Source: Hydrolagus affinis
Lineage: Eukaryota
Direction: 5' to 3'
Assembly: GCA_012026655.1 (NCBI GenBank)
Contig: JAAILG010001553.1
Location: 1 to 64,000, forward strand
Length of the DNA stretch: 64,000 bases
The stretch's first letter is position 1; every line of letters starts with the position of its first letter. Below are positions 38,345-51,185 of this stretch, in pieces. The notes beneath the pieces were generated by a model that did no database searches, was not told the origin of the DNA, and was given only the letters and a program-made list of their open reading frames with translations. A program made the translations under genes and the position numbers.

Positions 38345-38680
38345 ACAGCAGCAACAAAACTACATTTGTATTGTGCCTTTCGCTTCAGGAGAATGTCCCA
38401 AAGAGCTGGACAGACAGTATTTTGGACCTGAGCTGGGAGTAGGGATTGGGAGGGTGGAGGGCAGATGGGGAAGGAGGTTGATTGAAAGCATGGTTGAAGA
38501 GGATGGCCTTGAGATGAGCCTTGAAGAAGGCAAGGGATTGGGCAAGGTGGAGGGACTGCGGAATGGAGTTCCAGATGGTGGGGGCAGAATGGCTGAAGGC
38601 CAACCCGCCAATGGTGGGGCGGGCGAGGCGGGGGATGTAAAGCAGGCCAGAGCCCACTGAGTGGAGGATAATTGAGGATT
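38345..38680 (-). mobile_element. L2 LINE 3' fragment
   Basis: Minus-strand peptide PTIGGLAFSHSAPTIWNSIPQSL...FKAHLKAILF. Confidence 0.85.
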
Positions 38681-38807
38681 GAACAAGACGACAAGAAGTA
38701 TAACCTTTCTGTGGGGCCACAAAGGTTTTTTTTTGACAATCAGAGAGGAGTGCCAGTTGTATCTAGTAAAGTATGATAAAACTCCATGATGATATAATAA
38801 TAAGCCA

Positions 38808-39240
38808 AGCATTCAATATAACACCTTGTCACGCGGTTGAGATGTCTCAAAATGATTCACAGTATATATTGTAAAGTGGATTAACTGTGTATTCTGTGGA
38901 TGAGCACGGCAGACAATTTGTGCACCGTTAAGTCCCAGAAACTGCCATGGAGTGAATGCCAAATTTTATTTGGGTGATTTATTGGCCGGGACACCAGGAG
39001 ACAGAAACTCCCTTCTCTTTTTGAATCAGATCTTTAACAACAACAACAACAAAGTTACATTCGTATAGTGCCTTTCACGTCAGGAGGACATCTGACTGAG
39101 CAGGCAAATAAACCATGCAGCACCCCCACAGCACTGTATTTGAGTGTCAGCTTAGACTATGCAACTCCAAGTCCTGATGTGGGGCTGGAACACACAATCT
39201 TCTGACTCAGAAGCCATAGCGCTCTCACTGAGCCAGAGTG
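38808..39240 (-). mobile_element. Older DeuSINE-type copy with a nested ~55-bp L2-type tail insertion (about 39037-39090)
   Basis: ttggccgggacaccaggag, gagtgtcagcttagactatg and ctcactgagcca are Deu/tRNA-like; the insert begins with (AAC)n. Confidence 0.65.
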
Positions 39241-39794
39241 ATTTCATTACAGATTCAATAACAGCTTTGATCATTATGAACTATTATCAAATATTGCATT
39301 TTCCAACTGATGTTTGTTTCAATGAATTGCTGAACAAAAGCCAAATGTGAGGATGCAGGTGTGGAAAAAATACACAGTGTTCCACTTACTGCCCTTCTAA
39401 TCCTAAATTCCTATGCGTACTACACTTCAAATGTCAATTGAGAACAACTATTTAATCAGGGTTGAAAATGCTTCAAGTATGCATCTCCTTCCAAACTAAG
39501 GATATCGGTGGTACTATTTGCTGGCAGTTCCCTGAAGATGTTAGATGCAATCATTATAACAGAGGTGCAAGATGGATGCAAGCCGTAACAAATGGTATCA
39601 TAAAGAATTCGACTGAACGCCTTATTATGTTTGCTATTACTTTAAGAAATGTTTATTTCAAAAACTAATTTGTATATACAGTATTTCACGTATGTATAAA
39701 CCATTACCAGTGGTGGGTGGGTGAGTGGAAGGATTACTACAGTAGGGTATGGTTTTATATAATTTTTTTTTAAAAAAAATCTCTTTCTTTGCAG

Positions 39795-40021
39795 GAACTT
39801 TATTTTCCATTCTGATTTTTCTCTTTGTCATGTGGAAGGAGTTTGCTGCAGATTTGGAAAAATACATCTTGTTGGACAGAAGTGGCAGCTGTAAGGATGT
39901 ATTAATGTATGTACAGTATGGCTGGTCTTTCATGTTTGCTGCAGCTGGGATTCCTCTGGTTTTACTTTCTGGTCTCTTATTTTATGTGATTGGCCGCACC
40001 ATCGAAGCACATAACAAATAA
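39795..40021 (+). CDS. tmem182: TMEM182-like exon 5 (stop TAA)
   Basis: ttgcag|GA; TLFSILIFLFVMWKEFAADLEKYILL...VQYGWSFMFAAAGIPLVLLSGLLFYVIGRTIEAHNK*. Confidence 0.94.
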
Positions 40022-40096
40022 AAGGCACATTATGGCTTCAAGCGTTAGATTCTTGAAACAAAATGTATGGTGATATATTCCACATGGTCCCTGTGA

Positions 40097-40110
40097 AATA
40101 AAAAAATAAA
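40097..40110 (+). terminator. Candidate poly(A) signals of TMEM182-like
   Basis: Two AATAAA hexamers about 80 nt after the stop; the real cleavage site is unknown. Confidence 0.3.
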
Positions 40111-41454
40111 CAGCACTGCTTCATACAATTGCACCTTGTTGAGATTAACTGAGGATACTTATCTTTACAGTACAGTACTATGTAAAATATAAAATAGCTC
40201 AAGTCCAAAATCAGTTGAGGAAATGTATTTGGTTTGAAATTATAAATCATTTGAGTTATATATCACGTGAATTAACGTTGAAATCCGTATGTATGTTTGA
40301 CCTTTCAGTTTCTCTTGAGGGTATTTTATGTTTCTGTAAAATAAAAGCTGTTAGGAAAGCATTCAGTCCAACAAGATGTTGCACCATAATAAAATTATAT
40401 CCATGGCATATAACTTGCTACTTTTCCATCCACTGGATACACTAACATAATTTTCTTATTGACACATCTTTACTTCACTAAAGTGATGTCAACTTTTATC
40501 ATTGCTATTTTCCTTTCAAGTGAAGTAAAACATTTACGGTGCATTGACTGTTGGAGTACATTGAAATATTGTGACATGTTGCAACAGTAGTGTTTTCATT
40601 GGGAATATTCATGTGGCACCAGTCACATGAGTACACATTTTATCATTAATCTTAGACATGGAATAATAATAATCCTATAATAATCCTAGCTTTTGATATA
40701 ACACTTCATCACATTATTGAGAAATCTTGAAGCGCTGCCCAGAATACACAGGTACTGTAAAGTGAATGATTTACTTAGTGCTAAAACTAATAGCCGGTAG
40801 AGCTAGGGATCCCTGAAGATTGTGCACTGAAACTTTCCTCACCACAAAGTTTTGACAACTAACTTCAATGACTTCTAAACCATTTTATTCTACAGTTAAG
40901 ATGAAATAAGGTTGAATTCTCTTATGTTCTTATTTAGATGTTCACTTGTATTGAATTTAAAATGTATTGCTTCATATTAGACTCGGTGTGATAAATATTG
41001 TATCAAATGTGGCATTTTTCATCTGAATAATTTCCAAACAAGTATGCATTAAGTGGTTATTTGTTGTTCACTAAGCATTTACAAAATATTATATTTTACA
41101 ATGTAGGTAATTTTGTAAATAATAATATGTAACATTTTAAAATCATGACAATCGGTGCTTGCTCCTCAGCTCAAACTTATTTGTTAAAAATGTCTAATGT
41201 AGCAATTGTAATCATAATGGCAACAAGGAGTATATTCATTGCTACTAAGCACAGTATATGTTAAAGTCTTATCTGCCTGTTCATGTCTATTAACAAAAAC
41301 TACAGAATTATTGAAAAACATCATTTTTGTAACATTTTTGAAAATGTATCAAAATGTTATTGCAATTAAAAATGTGTGGGAAATCCTACAAAAATCCTAA
41401 ATAAATCCTAAATAAATTAGGAATTTGAGACAATAGAACTAATAATCACATGTG

Positions 41455-41590
41455 AGGGAATAGAGGAGTTTTGTGGAAGAAAGCTCATGTGCAGTATAAA
41501 CATTAGCACAGACTACTTGGGCTGAATGGCCTGGTGTAGTGCTGTAGATATAATATAATTATAATATTATAATATAATATAGGTATATAA
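41455..41590 (+). mobile_element. CR1-type 3' tail with AT-rich simple repeat (a similar remnant lies near 58340-58445)
   Basis: ctcatgtgcagtataaac...ttgggctgaatggcctg...gtgctgta resembles the CR1 3' UTR terminus. Confidence 0.55.
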
Positions 41591-42554
41591 TTTATACCTT
41601 AATCCTTACTTAGAGACATGTGGAGATTCTGTCAGTAACACTTATTGGAAAACTGGGTGAAAAGTGTTGGGAACAACTCCAATGAGCAGCTAGATACAAT
41701 AATATGGCAGAGAAGATAGTTGCGGGCCAGGAGGTCAGCAATGGTAGGGACCACAAAACCTCCCCCATATGTTACAGGGAGCTATTACTTACCAGCAAAA
41801 GGATGAGTTATTGTTCAATAATGTTAAAAATTTAGAAAATGTAAAAGAGACAAAAGAAACCGGCTGATTAAAACCAGAGACTGATTGTAGACCCAAACCA
41901 CCCTACCCACACACGCCTTTCAACTGTTTTCCTTGTTAACCCTGCATGGACTGGGAAGTTTGAAGTGAGCATTTCCTCCACAGACTCTGGGAAGTTTCTC
42001 ATCATTTATTTTGGTATTCAGAGTAGGACATTTTGTTTTCCTGATCAGAAAAAAACTTGGTCATTTGTTGTGTTGACTAAGGAGGCAGGAAGACCCAGCT
42101 AGTGTCAAAAGATAACTGCCCTTACAGCCAATAGCATCCTCATTTCTACAGTTGCTGAAAGAACCAGCCACCAATTAGAATTTATTTGAATCTTATTATT
42201 CATATGAGACTCATTCTATGGGCTCTGCAAATTATTTACTGTCTATGCACCAAGTGACAGTCTATAACTTTATCTTTCCTACAAGTCACCTGGGCATTGT
42301 AGTTAACACTATATATTGTACACAGTTATTCCATAGAAATCAGAGTAAATATGAATCATCAAGTGAGCCACAAGTGACAAGAGTCTGAAGTGTCGCTAAG
42401 GAACTTTTTGTGCAAAGTGTTTTAATTATTCGGTTGTGAAACTCATTTAAGAATGTTACTTATGAACATCTTCCCAGAAACAGACTGTTGAAACATTTCC
42501 TTTCCTCGGCTTTCATTGCACACATGTGTTCTTTGTCAATTTAAAGTTGCAGAG

Positions 42555-43400
42555 CACGCTACTGTGCCAAATTATACAAGGTAACGCACACTGCAATGAT
42601 TTGGCATGCCTTTACTGAACCATACAATAAGGCTCCACATGATTGATCCAGACATCTCAATCTTTGGTTCAGGATTCCAAACATACACTCAACAGCTGAC
42701 CTTGCTATATGCCTGGTTGCAATTACACTCCTTTTCATTTAATAGATTTTGTACAGTCATATTCAACCAAGATTTCAAACTTGGTCGACCAAAAGCCATC
42801 CACGCAGATAGTTAGCCTGTTCATTTAATATAGGTTCAAGTGAGTTATGCATAAAGAAGGAATCGTATCTAGATTCAGGGTATTTTGCAGTGACCAGCAC
42901 TACAATATTCCATGCATCACGGATTACCTCCTCATCCAGGAAGAGGAACCTTAGAATTGATGCAGACAATTGCAATTTCAGGCAATATCCAAGTCTTGAT
43001 ATATGTGGAATCAAGGACACTGAGAAAGTTTGGCCTGTTCTGTTCCTGCAAACAATTTCTGCTGCTGTGACAACTGTTGATCCTTTGTTTTGGGAAAGTA
43101 AATGAAGCACAAAGAATGGAAGCTTCAATCACATTCTGTATTTAATTTAACACTCTTCTTTAATCAATGACAGGCTATGCTAGGAGTTTGGAAGAACCCT
43201 GCAGCAGAAAAGCAACCTTAAAGGCAGTTTTAAATTTCACTCCACAGATAGAGCAGTGAGATTCACAGATAGGGTTTCCAAATTCTGGTTAAATCAGCAT
43301 ATGTACCTTATTGTTGACATCCTGTTTGATCTAAACCTCCTCACACACTCGTCTTCAGTTATACCAAAGTAAATGACTTCTGGGTTTATAAATTGTTCAC
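42555..43400 (-). pseudogene. Decayed PIF/Harbinger (HARBI1-like) transposase
   Basis: Collinear minus-strand fragments in several frames: EDECVRRFR, FSAAGFFQ, VTAKYPESRYDSFFMHNS, GWLLVD, LKSWL, VECMFGILNQRLRCLDQSCGALLYGSVKACQIIAVCVTLYNLA. They match Harbinger DDE motifs; stops and frameshifts are present. Confidence 0.85.
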
Positions 43401-44259
43401 CTAAATAAGTAACTTGCTGAATCATCATCATCCCTTTGTCTCTCCATCCTTTGATTCAGTTTATGTGCCTTTGGTTCTTTCTCGAAACAAACTGTGATTT
43501 CAGCTGGCAAATCAAATTTAGCAATGCATCGGAAAAATGTTGTGCCAATCTTAAAATCTGCTTCATTATAATTGGCTACATTGGTGGTTTAACACTGTGC
43601 AGAAAACAATTTCGGCCCAAAGATAAGGTGAGAGACATGGATTGCTGGATAATTAGCCAAACACAATTTCAGCCTAAATCTAATTTTCTGCCTGATGGAA
43701 TTCAGGCAGCTTCTTTGCCGATAGCTGCAAGGTGAGTTTTGTACCTTTTAAAACTGCATAGCTCAGTTTGTGGTTTATCCTGTGTTCATAAATTGGCAAT
43801 GTTTTTGTTAGTGTCTTACGAAGGGATTTCCCATCATGAAGTTTGTATGAAAGATTCAGCGATGTATGTATTTAAAATTAATAGACACACCATAAAACAT
43901 TCAAGTTGTGTTGAAATCTTTATGATGAATGGTTTGGCTCCGAATGTGGCACAGATTTCACCAATAAGATTCTGAAACTGTACGGTCACAAAATGAAAAT
44001 ATCTGCACACTCAACGTAGATGTTACTTTATAGACATTATCGATAGTCAATTAACAAAGGGAATAAAATGCTTGCTATACATCCAGGGCCATGCAATATA
44101 AATGTGTATCGCAATAAACACTGATGAATAATACAGAGACATTAAATGAACAGGCAGATGGTATCTTAGAATTTTAACATGTGGTCACGTTAAATGTGTG
44201 CTCTCCTCCCCTTTCCTACCAGACAGATCAAGTAGCAGAACAAAGTCGCTAGACAACAA

Positions 44260-44680
44260 AAGAGGTTTGGATAAAAAGGGTCCTTCAGCCAGTTTGTTTC
44301 CTTAGGCTTTGACCAATACAAATCATACCATCCATGTCACTTGTCATGACAGTTTTTCCCCCGGAGTCAAGTGTATAAGTCTCAACTGTATTCCTGATAA
44401 TCTGTTCCAGCTATTGATTATATTTTGTGTGAAGAACTACTTGCTGGTGTCTTCCTTAAACTGGCTCTTCAGAAATCCAAATCATTGCCCTCTTGCTTAT
44501 GGTAGGACAAATTATAGGTGGTTTGGAGAGGAAAATGGGTTCATGTAGCTCAAATGGTAAATTTCTCTACTCTCCTGTGCACTTGGGAATTCCTCCTCTT
44601 TGAAGATCCTCCTGAAAGCAGAAATACAGCTTCTTTCTTCCCAATTAATTCAACACTGAATCACCTTTATTCCATTTTAC
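44260..44680 (-). mobile_element. Old CR1 3' fragment
   Basis: ctgttccagctattgattatattttgtgtgaagaac...ttaaac...ttgccctcttg is the reverse complement of the CR1 ORF2 end. Confidence 0.5.
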
Positions 44681-45077
44681 ACAAAGGGACTTTACACCAC
44701 ACATCAACCTACAATCACAATCCCTCCTCTGGACTAATAGTGATGACTAATGGCGTCTAGGACAATAGCATTACAAGTCTGTTAAGAAAGCAGATAAACA
44801 GTTGAAAAGGGGATAGATGACAGTGGGCACACTCACACTTCTATTTGCTTCAATAGAACATCCGAGGGTCTACTTAGCAGAGCCAGGGTAGGTCTATTCA
44901 AGGAATGCATGACATAATTCTGCCTCAGTGACAAAATTAGGTGATAGTTTCATTGGCAACCATTGTTGGAATTGTCTTAATTGGTACTGTCAAGGTAAAT
45001 ACATAACACTGCTTAATGCAGCATCACAGTAATGTGTTATGAGTGGATATCATCGATGGTATTATAGAGAGGGCATA

Positions 45078-45365
45078 ACAATAATCCTTCCCTTTTGTAC
45101 AGTGCTTTCCACGTCTTCCAGACATCTCAAAGAGCTTCGCAGAATATACTGCAAAGTGATTCAACTGCATATTTGTGGGCAAAACTTGGCAGCCAATTGC
45201 ACAAAGCAGTGTCCCACAAACAGTCGTGGATTGAGTGACCAAAGTGACCAAATTATTGTTGGGGTTTTTTCATAAGGGATTATTTTCAGGCCTGTGGACT
45301 AAGGAGATTTACCCAAGGTTTTGCCCTGATGGGAATCAAACCCAGGCCTCTCGCTTACAAGGTGA
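45078..45365 (-). mobile_element. tRNA SINE (short form, 5' tip lost)
   Basis: Family consensus up to the B-box region. Confidence 0.85.
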
Positions 45366-45540
45366 CCTGGGTTGATTAGAATAATTATACAGTAGTCATC
45401 ACTCAGTAAGTTTTTGCTGTTATATATGTGTTAAGAGTTATTAAGAATAAATCACCCTATGCATTCCGCCCAAGATGGTACAGGAGTCACCACAATGCAA
45501 ACGCAACATGCTCAGCATTACAGAAATAATATTACGTAGA

Positions 45541-45913
45541 AATAATAATCCTTGCATTTGACATAGCACCTTATCACGTCTTCTAGATGCCTAAAAATGC
45601 TTTGCAGGACATACTGTGAAGTGGATTGACTGTGTTTTATGGGTAAAATGCAGCAGCCAATTTCATACAGCAGTGTCCGACAAACAGTTGTGGATTAAGT
45701 GACCAAATTTTTGTTGTTGTTGAAGGAATGATTACCCTCAGAAAAGCGAAGCACCAATTGACTAACAACTGGGTTGCTATTTACTGTTAGGTAAACAGAG
45801 GCGTGTGGACTAAGGAAACTTGCAAACATTTTGTCCTGCCGGGAATCAAACCCAGGTCCTCTCCCTTGTGAGGTGAGTGCTCTAACCACCTAACCACTAA
45901 GCTACGAGACTCC
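45541..45913 (-). mobile_element. tRNA SINE, long form with CORE-like segment
   Basis: Family consensus plus ctgggttgctatttactgttaggtaaacagagg. Confidence 0.88.
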
Positions 45914-47329
45914 ACATGATATGAATGTATCCCACCATGAACTGTAGTACAGTAAATTACAAGCACAGCTAAATGAGTTTGCTCGTGTTTATCAAACTGT
46001 CAGACTCAAATACCTCAAAAGAGTTGGGATTTGGAATTATAACATGGACATATTTTTACTTAATAAAAACTATTACATAAAGGATGGGTGGTGCCTTAAA
46101 AAATGTTAAATTTAGACGCTTTATCTGGATAATATAACCGCTGAATTATTTTACATGTGTGCTGTGGCATCTGTTCGATAGCGGAGATTTGTAGCAACTC
46201 TTTAAGGCTTCAAAGAGAATCCTTCCCTCCCTTGCTCACACAGCACAAAAGCATTAGTTTATTCTAATTCACTAACTATGCCATTTTTAATCATGCGGGG
46301 GTGCTGTCTTCTGTTGGTGATCTTCAATAAAATGTTTCCTATATCACATGCTTGTCTTTAGATTAATTCATTGTTATTTCCGTTTTATTAAACATGACCT
46401 TTTTGTAAGGAGCATTTAGCAATTTTTTTTGTAGTAAATTATATCCAACTCCTATGCCATCTTCCAGGCAGAGGAGGGAGCTATTGACTGTGTTCACACT
46501 TTTCCAGCAACACTCTGCATGCATATTGTGCAAGGAAACCTCTTAAAATTATTCTGAACTTTGCAGCAAATATCTTGAACTCAGTTTCCGTCAAACAAAA
46601 CAAAGTAAAAATTACTTGCCATTATTCAATTGCATCTTTCAATTACTGTACTGGCATTGCTACTTGTACAGTGATTCCATCCATGAAATTTGCAATTAAC
46701 CTTTGTATAGAGTAACACTGAGTTCAACAATATTCTTATTACAACATTCTCATTTCAGCTGATACTAAGTATGCGAGGTTAAGCAAGATATATACTGTGT
46801 AGAGGGAATACTTGTAAAGCTAAGTAATGAATTTATTTTAATGCAAACAGACATGAACAGTAGTAAGTTCAGAAGTGTCTGAATTCATCCCATTTAGATC
46901 TGTCTTTATTCTAGAAACATATGTGACTAATTGAAGTAGGTACTTCATAAATCATGTTTTAGTCTTTTATACAGCTCTGTAAGATCTACTGTGTGGTGCC
47001 TTTCTCCAAGCTTGAAAAACTCTAATGTAAAGTATTAAGTAGTGCCTTGGGATTTCCTCCTAATGTCAAAGGCGTTATGTAAATTTGATTTCTTGTTGTG
47101 AGCAAGATGTGAAAAGCGCTATATCAAATGCAAGGATTATTATTATATTATTATCATATGAGAGTGCTACACTGTGGATATTGGAGCTTCTGGAGATGGC
47201 TATCTGACCCATTGAGTCTGCTCCACCACTTTATGGCAATTCTTTGACCGATGGCAGGCAATAGAGTCGAAAGATGGAAGTTGATTAAGTTGGAGATGGA
47301 AGTTCAGAGGGAACACTTGGACATATTCG

Positions 47330-47520
47330 GCGGAATTACTCTTGTACTCATTCCTGTACTCTGAGCGTTGGGGATACTGTACTTTGCTGTTTTGACACTC
47401 CAACTACTGAAATCTAGAGCTTTTGGCAAAGAGTAAAACTATCTCATCAAACTCTTTCAGAGTATGTTGTTGAATTCCCCAATGTTACAACGCTAAACAG
47501 ATCACATTTAAGGTAACACT
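47330..47520 (+). mobile_element. Possible ancient Gypsy integrase C-terminal remnant
   Basis: Stop-interrupted frame LSVGDTVL...W...EYVVEFPNVTTLNRSHLR resembles the L.VGD.V...SY.VE...NRRHL pattern. Confidence 0.3.
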
Positions 47521-50500
47521 TGATGACAGATGGCATGTGAAAAACTTGGATTTGGCCAACTTGGACCCAGTAATGTCCTGAATTAGGTATGCAGGCTGTC
47601 CCACTCTGAGGAGAGAGTGAACACAGCGTTCCAGTCGAAGAGAAATGCTTGGGTGGCATACAGATATGGAACGCTGGTTTACATATTCAAGCACGGTGAT
47701 GAGTTTCCATGAGTGTCAGAGACCCACTGGAAGCAAATCAAATGTTTGGATTAAACGTGAAGCAAAATAATTGTTATATCCCTATTGGGTGATAAATGTC
47801 ATGTATTTATATGCGCATTTTTAAAGAAAAACACCAACATCTTCAAATATTGCAAAAACCACAACAACTTTCACCCACAAATATACAGTCAATTCACTTT
47901 ACAGTATATTTTGTGAAGCACTTTGAGATGTCCAGAAGACTTGAAAAGCGATACATCAACTGCAAGGATTATTTATTTAACTTGATGAGCATTTGAAAGA
48001 GAAAGATTGACTCAAATTTTAGGGGTGACCATTCATCAGCACCTTTCGAATATTCGCTCTCTGATCCTGATCACTGCTGTGGTTTTGAGTGTTTTTGTAT
48101 CTCATTGCCCGCAGTGGAACACTGGTTGTAGTTTGGTTACTGTTAAGCATGGTGATAGGTTTCTGCACTGAAAGTACTACTTAGGAGTGTCAGACACCCG
48201 TGTGACCAACATAAAATTACCGGTAAAATCCGATCACCGAATTTAAGCATAATAGCTCCCTCTAGAGCCAGCTCTGACTGCTTCGCCTGTGATATTGCAA
48301 ATCTATCAGCCTTGACCTTTTCTTCCACTGCTTCAACATTTCGCCAGGCCATAACACTATATAAGTGATTACAATGAAGACCAGCCTGGGTACCGGAACA
48401 TGCAGGATGACTTCAGTAAATGTTGTACTACCTGGAAATAAATAAAATGTAACAAGGAATAAAATTTGGATGAATGTAATAATTATTCGATTCAATATTT
48501 CATGAATTGTATTTCTATAAAAGTATTTTTACCTTTGCCAAGGAAAACAATTCCACGATGGATTGAGATACGATTTAAAAAATGCGCTAACCTACAGGTG
48601 TATTAAATGCTTCAAATCAGTTAGAGCCTTGACTAATACACTAAATGTTTTCCTATTTATTTCCCTTACAATCACCTTGTAGCATCCATATTGGATCTTG
48701 ATTAACCGTAGCACTCAGCAAATAGTGATTAGAATTGTCAGTGATTACTGTTATTATTCTTTGTCCAGAGCAATTTAATTGAGTTGGATGCTCAAGGTGG
48801 TGGCTACATTTTACAATCAAAGTACTGTAGGCTGGCAAATTGCTGCATCATTTTGCTTGCCTTTTGAACCTTTGAACACTATAGATTACTATTTCCAATA
48901 AAATTTACAAGCCAATTATATCAAAGTGAAACTCCTGTTTTGAAACATTCATAGCCAGGCAGTTGGAGCAAGAAGCATGAGGGAGGTGACAAGAGTGGGA
49001 GTTGAGAGGGTGGAGATTGAAGAGGAGGATGGAAACTGATGAATTTAGATCATAATCATTACAAATAAAAAAAAGGCCACAAAAGATGAAAGTATGGCTT
49101 AGAAGTGGAAGGTAAACTGCAATGACCACATACCAAACATCACTACATAATCAGACTCAGTTCTCGGTTTACAGTGGTGATGAACAATGTACGAATTTAA
49201 TCCACCAGAACTCAATTATTGACAGTCATTAATCGGCAATCATTAAGTACTAAAAGGTTGCAACCCTAATGGAAACCCCTGTATTACTGGTACAGCAGCA
49301 AATTTTCTGTCAGATACAGTTTCTTCAATAATAACAGGCTTTGTGCTATAAGGCTTGAAAATCACACATCATTGTGTTCAATCAACCAGCTATCATTACT
49401 CTCTGTCACCAACTGAAAACAATCACCTTTTCTACTGTCCTATGATTACAGCCCTATTAACAAAGGCTGCCAGCCTTTGAATGCTTGATTGCACCATTTC
49501 TTTGAGCTTCTCATGGCAGGTTAATGTGCAGCGAGGATGCTAAAAAGCCACAGTTAAACATGTCATCACTGTTACCCTGTGGCAAATGAAACTGCCATTG
49601 GGACTGTATTGCAGCAAGATTTTCTGATGAACCCTGCCAATCACTGACAATTTACATAGTAACGAAAAACCTGCATCATTTTCTGCCATACCTAGACTAT
49701 TATTTGCCTTTGTAGATAATTACCAGTCACTTTGAAAAAGAAAAAGAGAGAAAAAATTGAAATTCCTGATATCAAATTCTCATACCCTTTTCCTTATCTG
49801 TATGTGACAGCATCCTTACTTCTTCAGCAGCTTGAAAACCTTTGTTAAAATGTCAGTATGTCATACTTTTGAATGCAATAAAATCACTGCAGCCTTTTGC
49901 TATAAACTGAACAGATTCAATGCAATTAAAGCTTATTAGTATAAAGTACCTCCATGTGACATTTCTATTAAGCCCATAACCATCGGGTTTGACAATATTT
50001 ATTGATTTTAACAGTCTATTTTTGTGTATACCAGTTATATTTTCCTCTAACGTAAGTAAAATATATTGTTTAACATGTTTGAACACTTACTTACTAAAAC
50101 AAAAAAAGACTCGAGGGGCAATTGAACTTATTATGAGTAAAGGCGAAATATATTTGGGTAACATTTGATCACTCCATCCCTTTGGCTTCACAGAGCTGTT
50201 TGACCCATTGTCAATCCTATAGTTCGAAAAACAGGCAAACTATGCATAAACTATTTTAGAATTTCCAATGAATTGTCAATTTCTCAGCGGTAGCACAGAT
50301 GATTGTATGATTGTCCCATGCTTCCTAAGAAATGGTATAAGTCAGTTGTCAGCCTAGTAGAAGTGGTTAGAGCCCATTATTTGAGTATAGTGATGAATGA
50401 GTTACACTTTATCAATCATCAACTTGTAACCCACAAGGTACTGCAAGGTACTATACCCTTGCATCAGTGCCACCATGAGATCTTTGAGCCAGAAGTTTGT

Positions 50501-50852
50501 GGGTGCAAGCTCCTTGTCGGTCTATAATATGCCAAATTCTTAAAAGCTGTACAGTTGTAAGTGATCTGCAGCAGATACCCCGGCGCACACTTTGGGATCC
50601 CCAAGTCTTGGCTCTTGCCAACCTGATACAATTCGGACTAGATAAGCAAAGTGCATCTCTCTTCTGGAGAGAGGTTGTAAATTTCATTCCAGAAATGGAA
50701 AATTCCATATGAGATAGTGCAAACAAGCTCTCTGGTTTGGCTATTATTATGCACCATGATGGATTTCTGCAGATGACAAATGACTCCAAGAAAGGTAAAT
50801 TATTCTGAACCTAATTCACGCAATAACAAGAGACTTTTGAAAAGCAGAAAAG

Positions 50853-51185
50853 CAACAACAACAGCAACACAATTACATTTGTAAAATGTCTTTCATGTCA
50901 TGAGGACATACAAGGTGCTGAACAATGAGGGATCAGGACACAAATGTGGGAGAGTGGTGGTGGGGGGAGTTGGGTGGGTGGGGGGTAACAGGCTTGGGAT
51001 GACAGAGGGCAGAGGGGCTAGGAGGGTGGTTGAAGGTGCAATCAAAAAGGAGGGTCTTGAGTCATGCGTTGAAGGAAGCATGAGAGGGAGCAAGGTGAAG
51101 GGATTGTGAGATGGAGTTCAAAGAGTAGGGCTGAGAGGCTGACATCAGGGCTGCTGATGGTAGGGTGGATTGGGATGGAAGACTT
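50853..51185 (-). mobile_element. L2 3' fragment
   Basis: (AAC)n tail plus gatggagttcaaagagtaggggctgagaggctga, similar to the 61972 copy. Confidence 0.75.

Larger units (their letters stand above)
30419..40021 (+). other. tmem182: Gene span: transmembrane protein 182-like (claudin/PMP22 superfamily), 5 coding exons, 246 aa
   Basis: Exons of 168+115+93+138+227 = 741 nt join in frame. Motifs [33 protein letters not shown] and YGWSF are typical of TMEM182. Confidence 0.93.
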
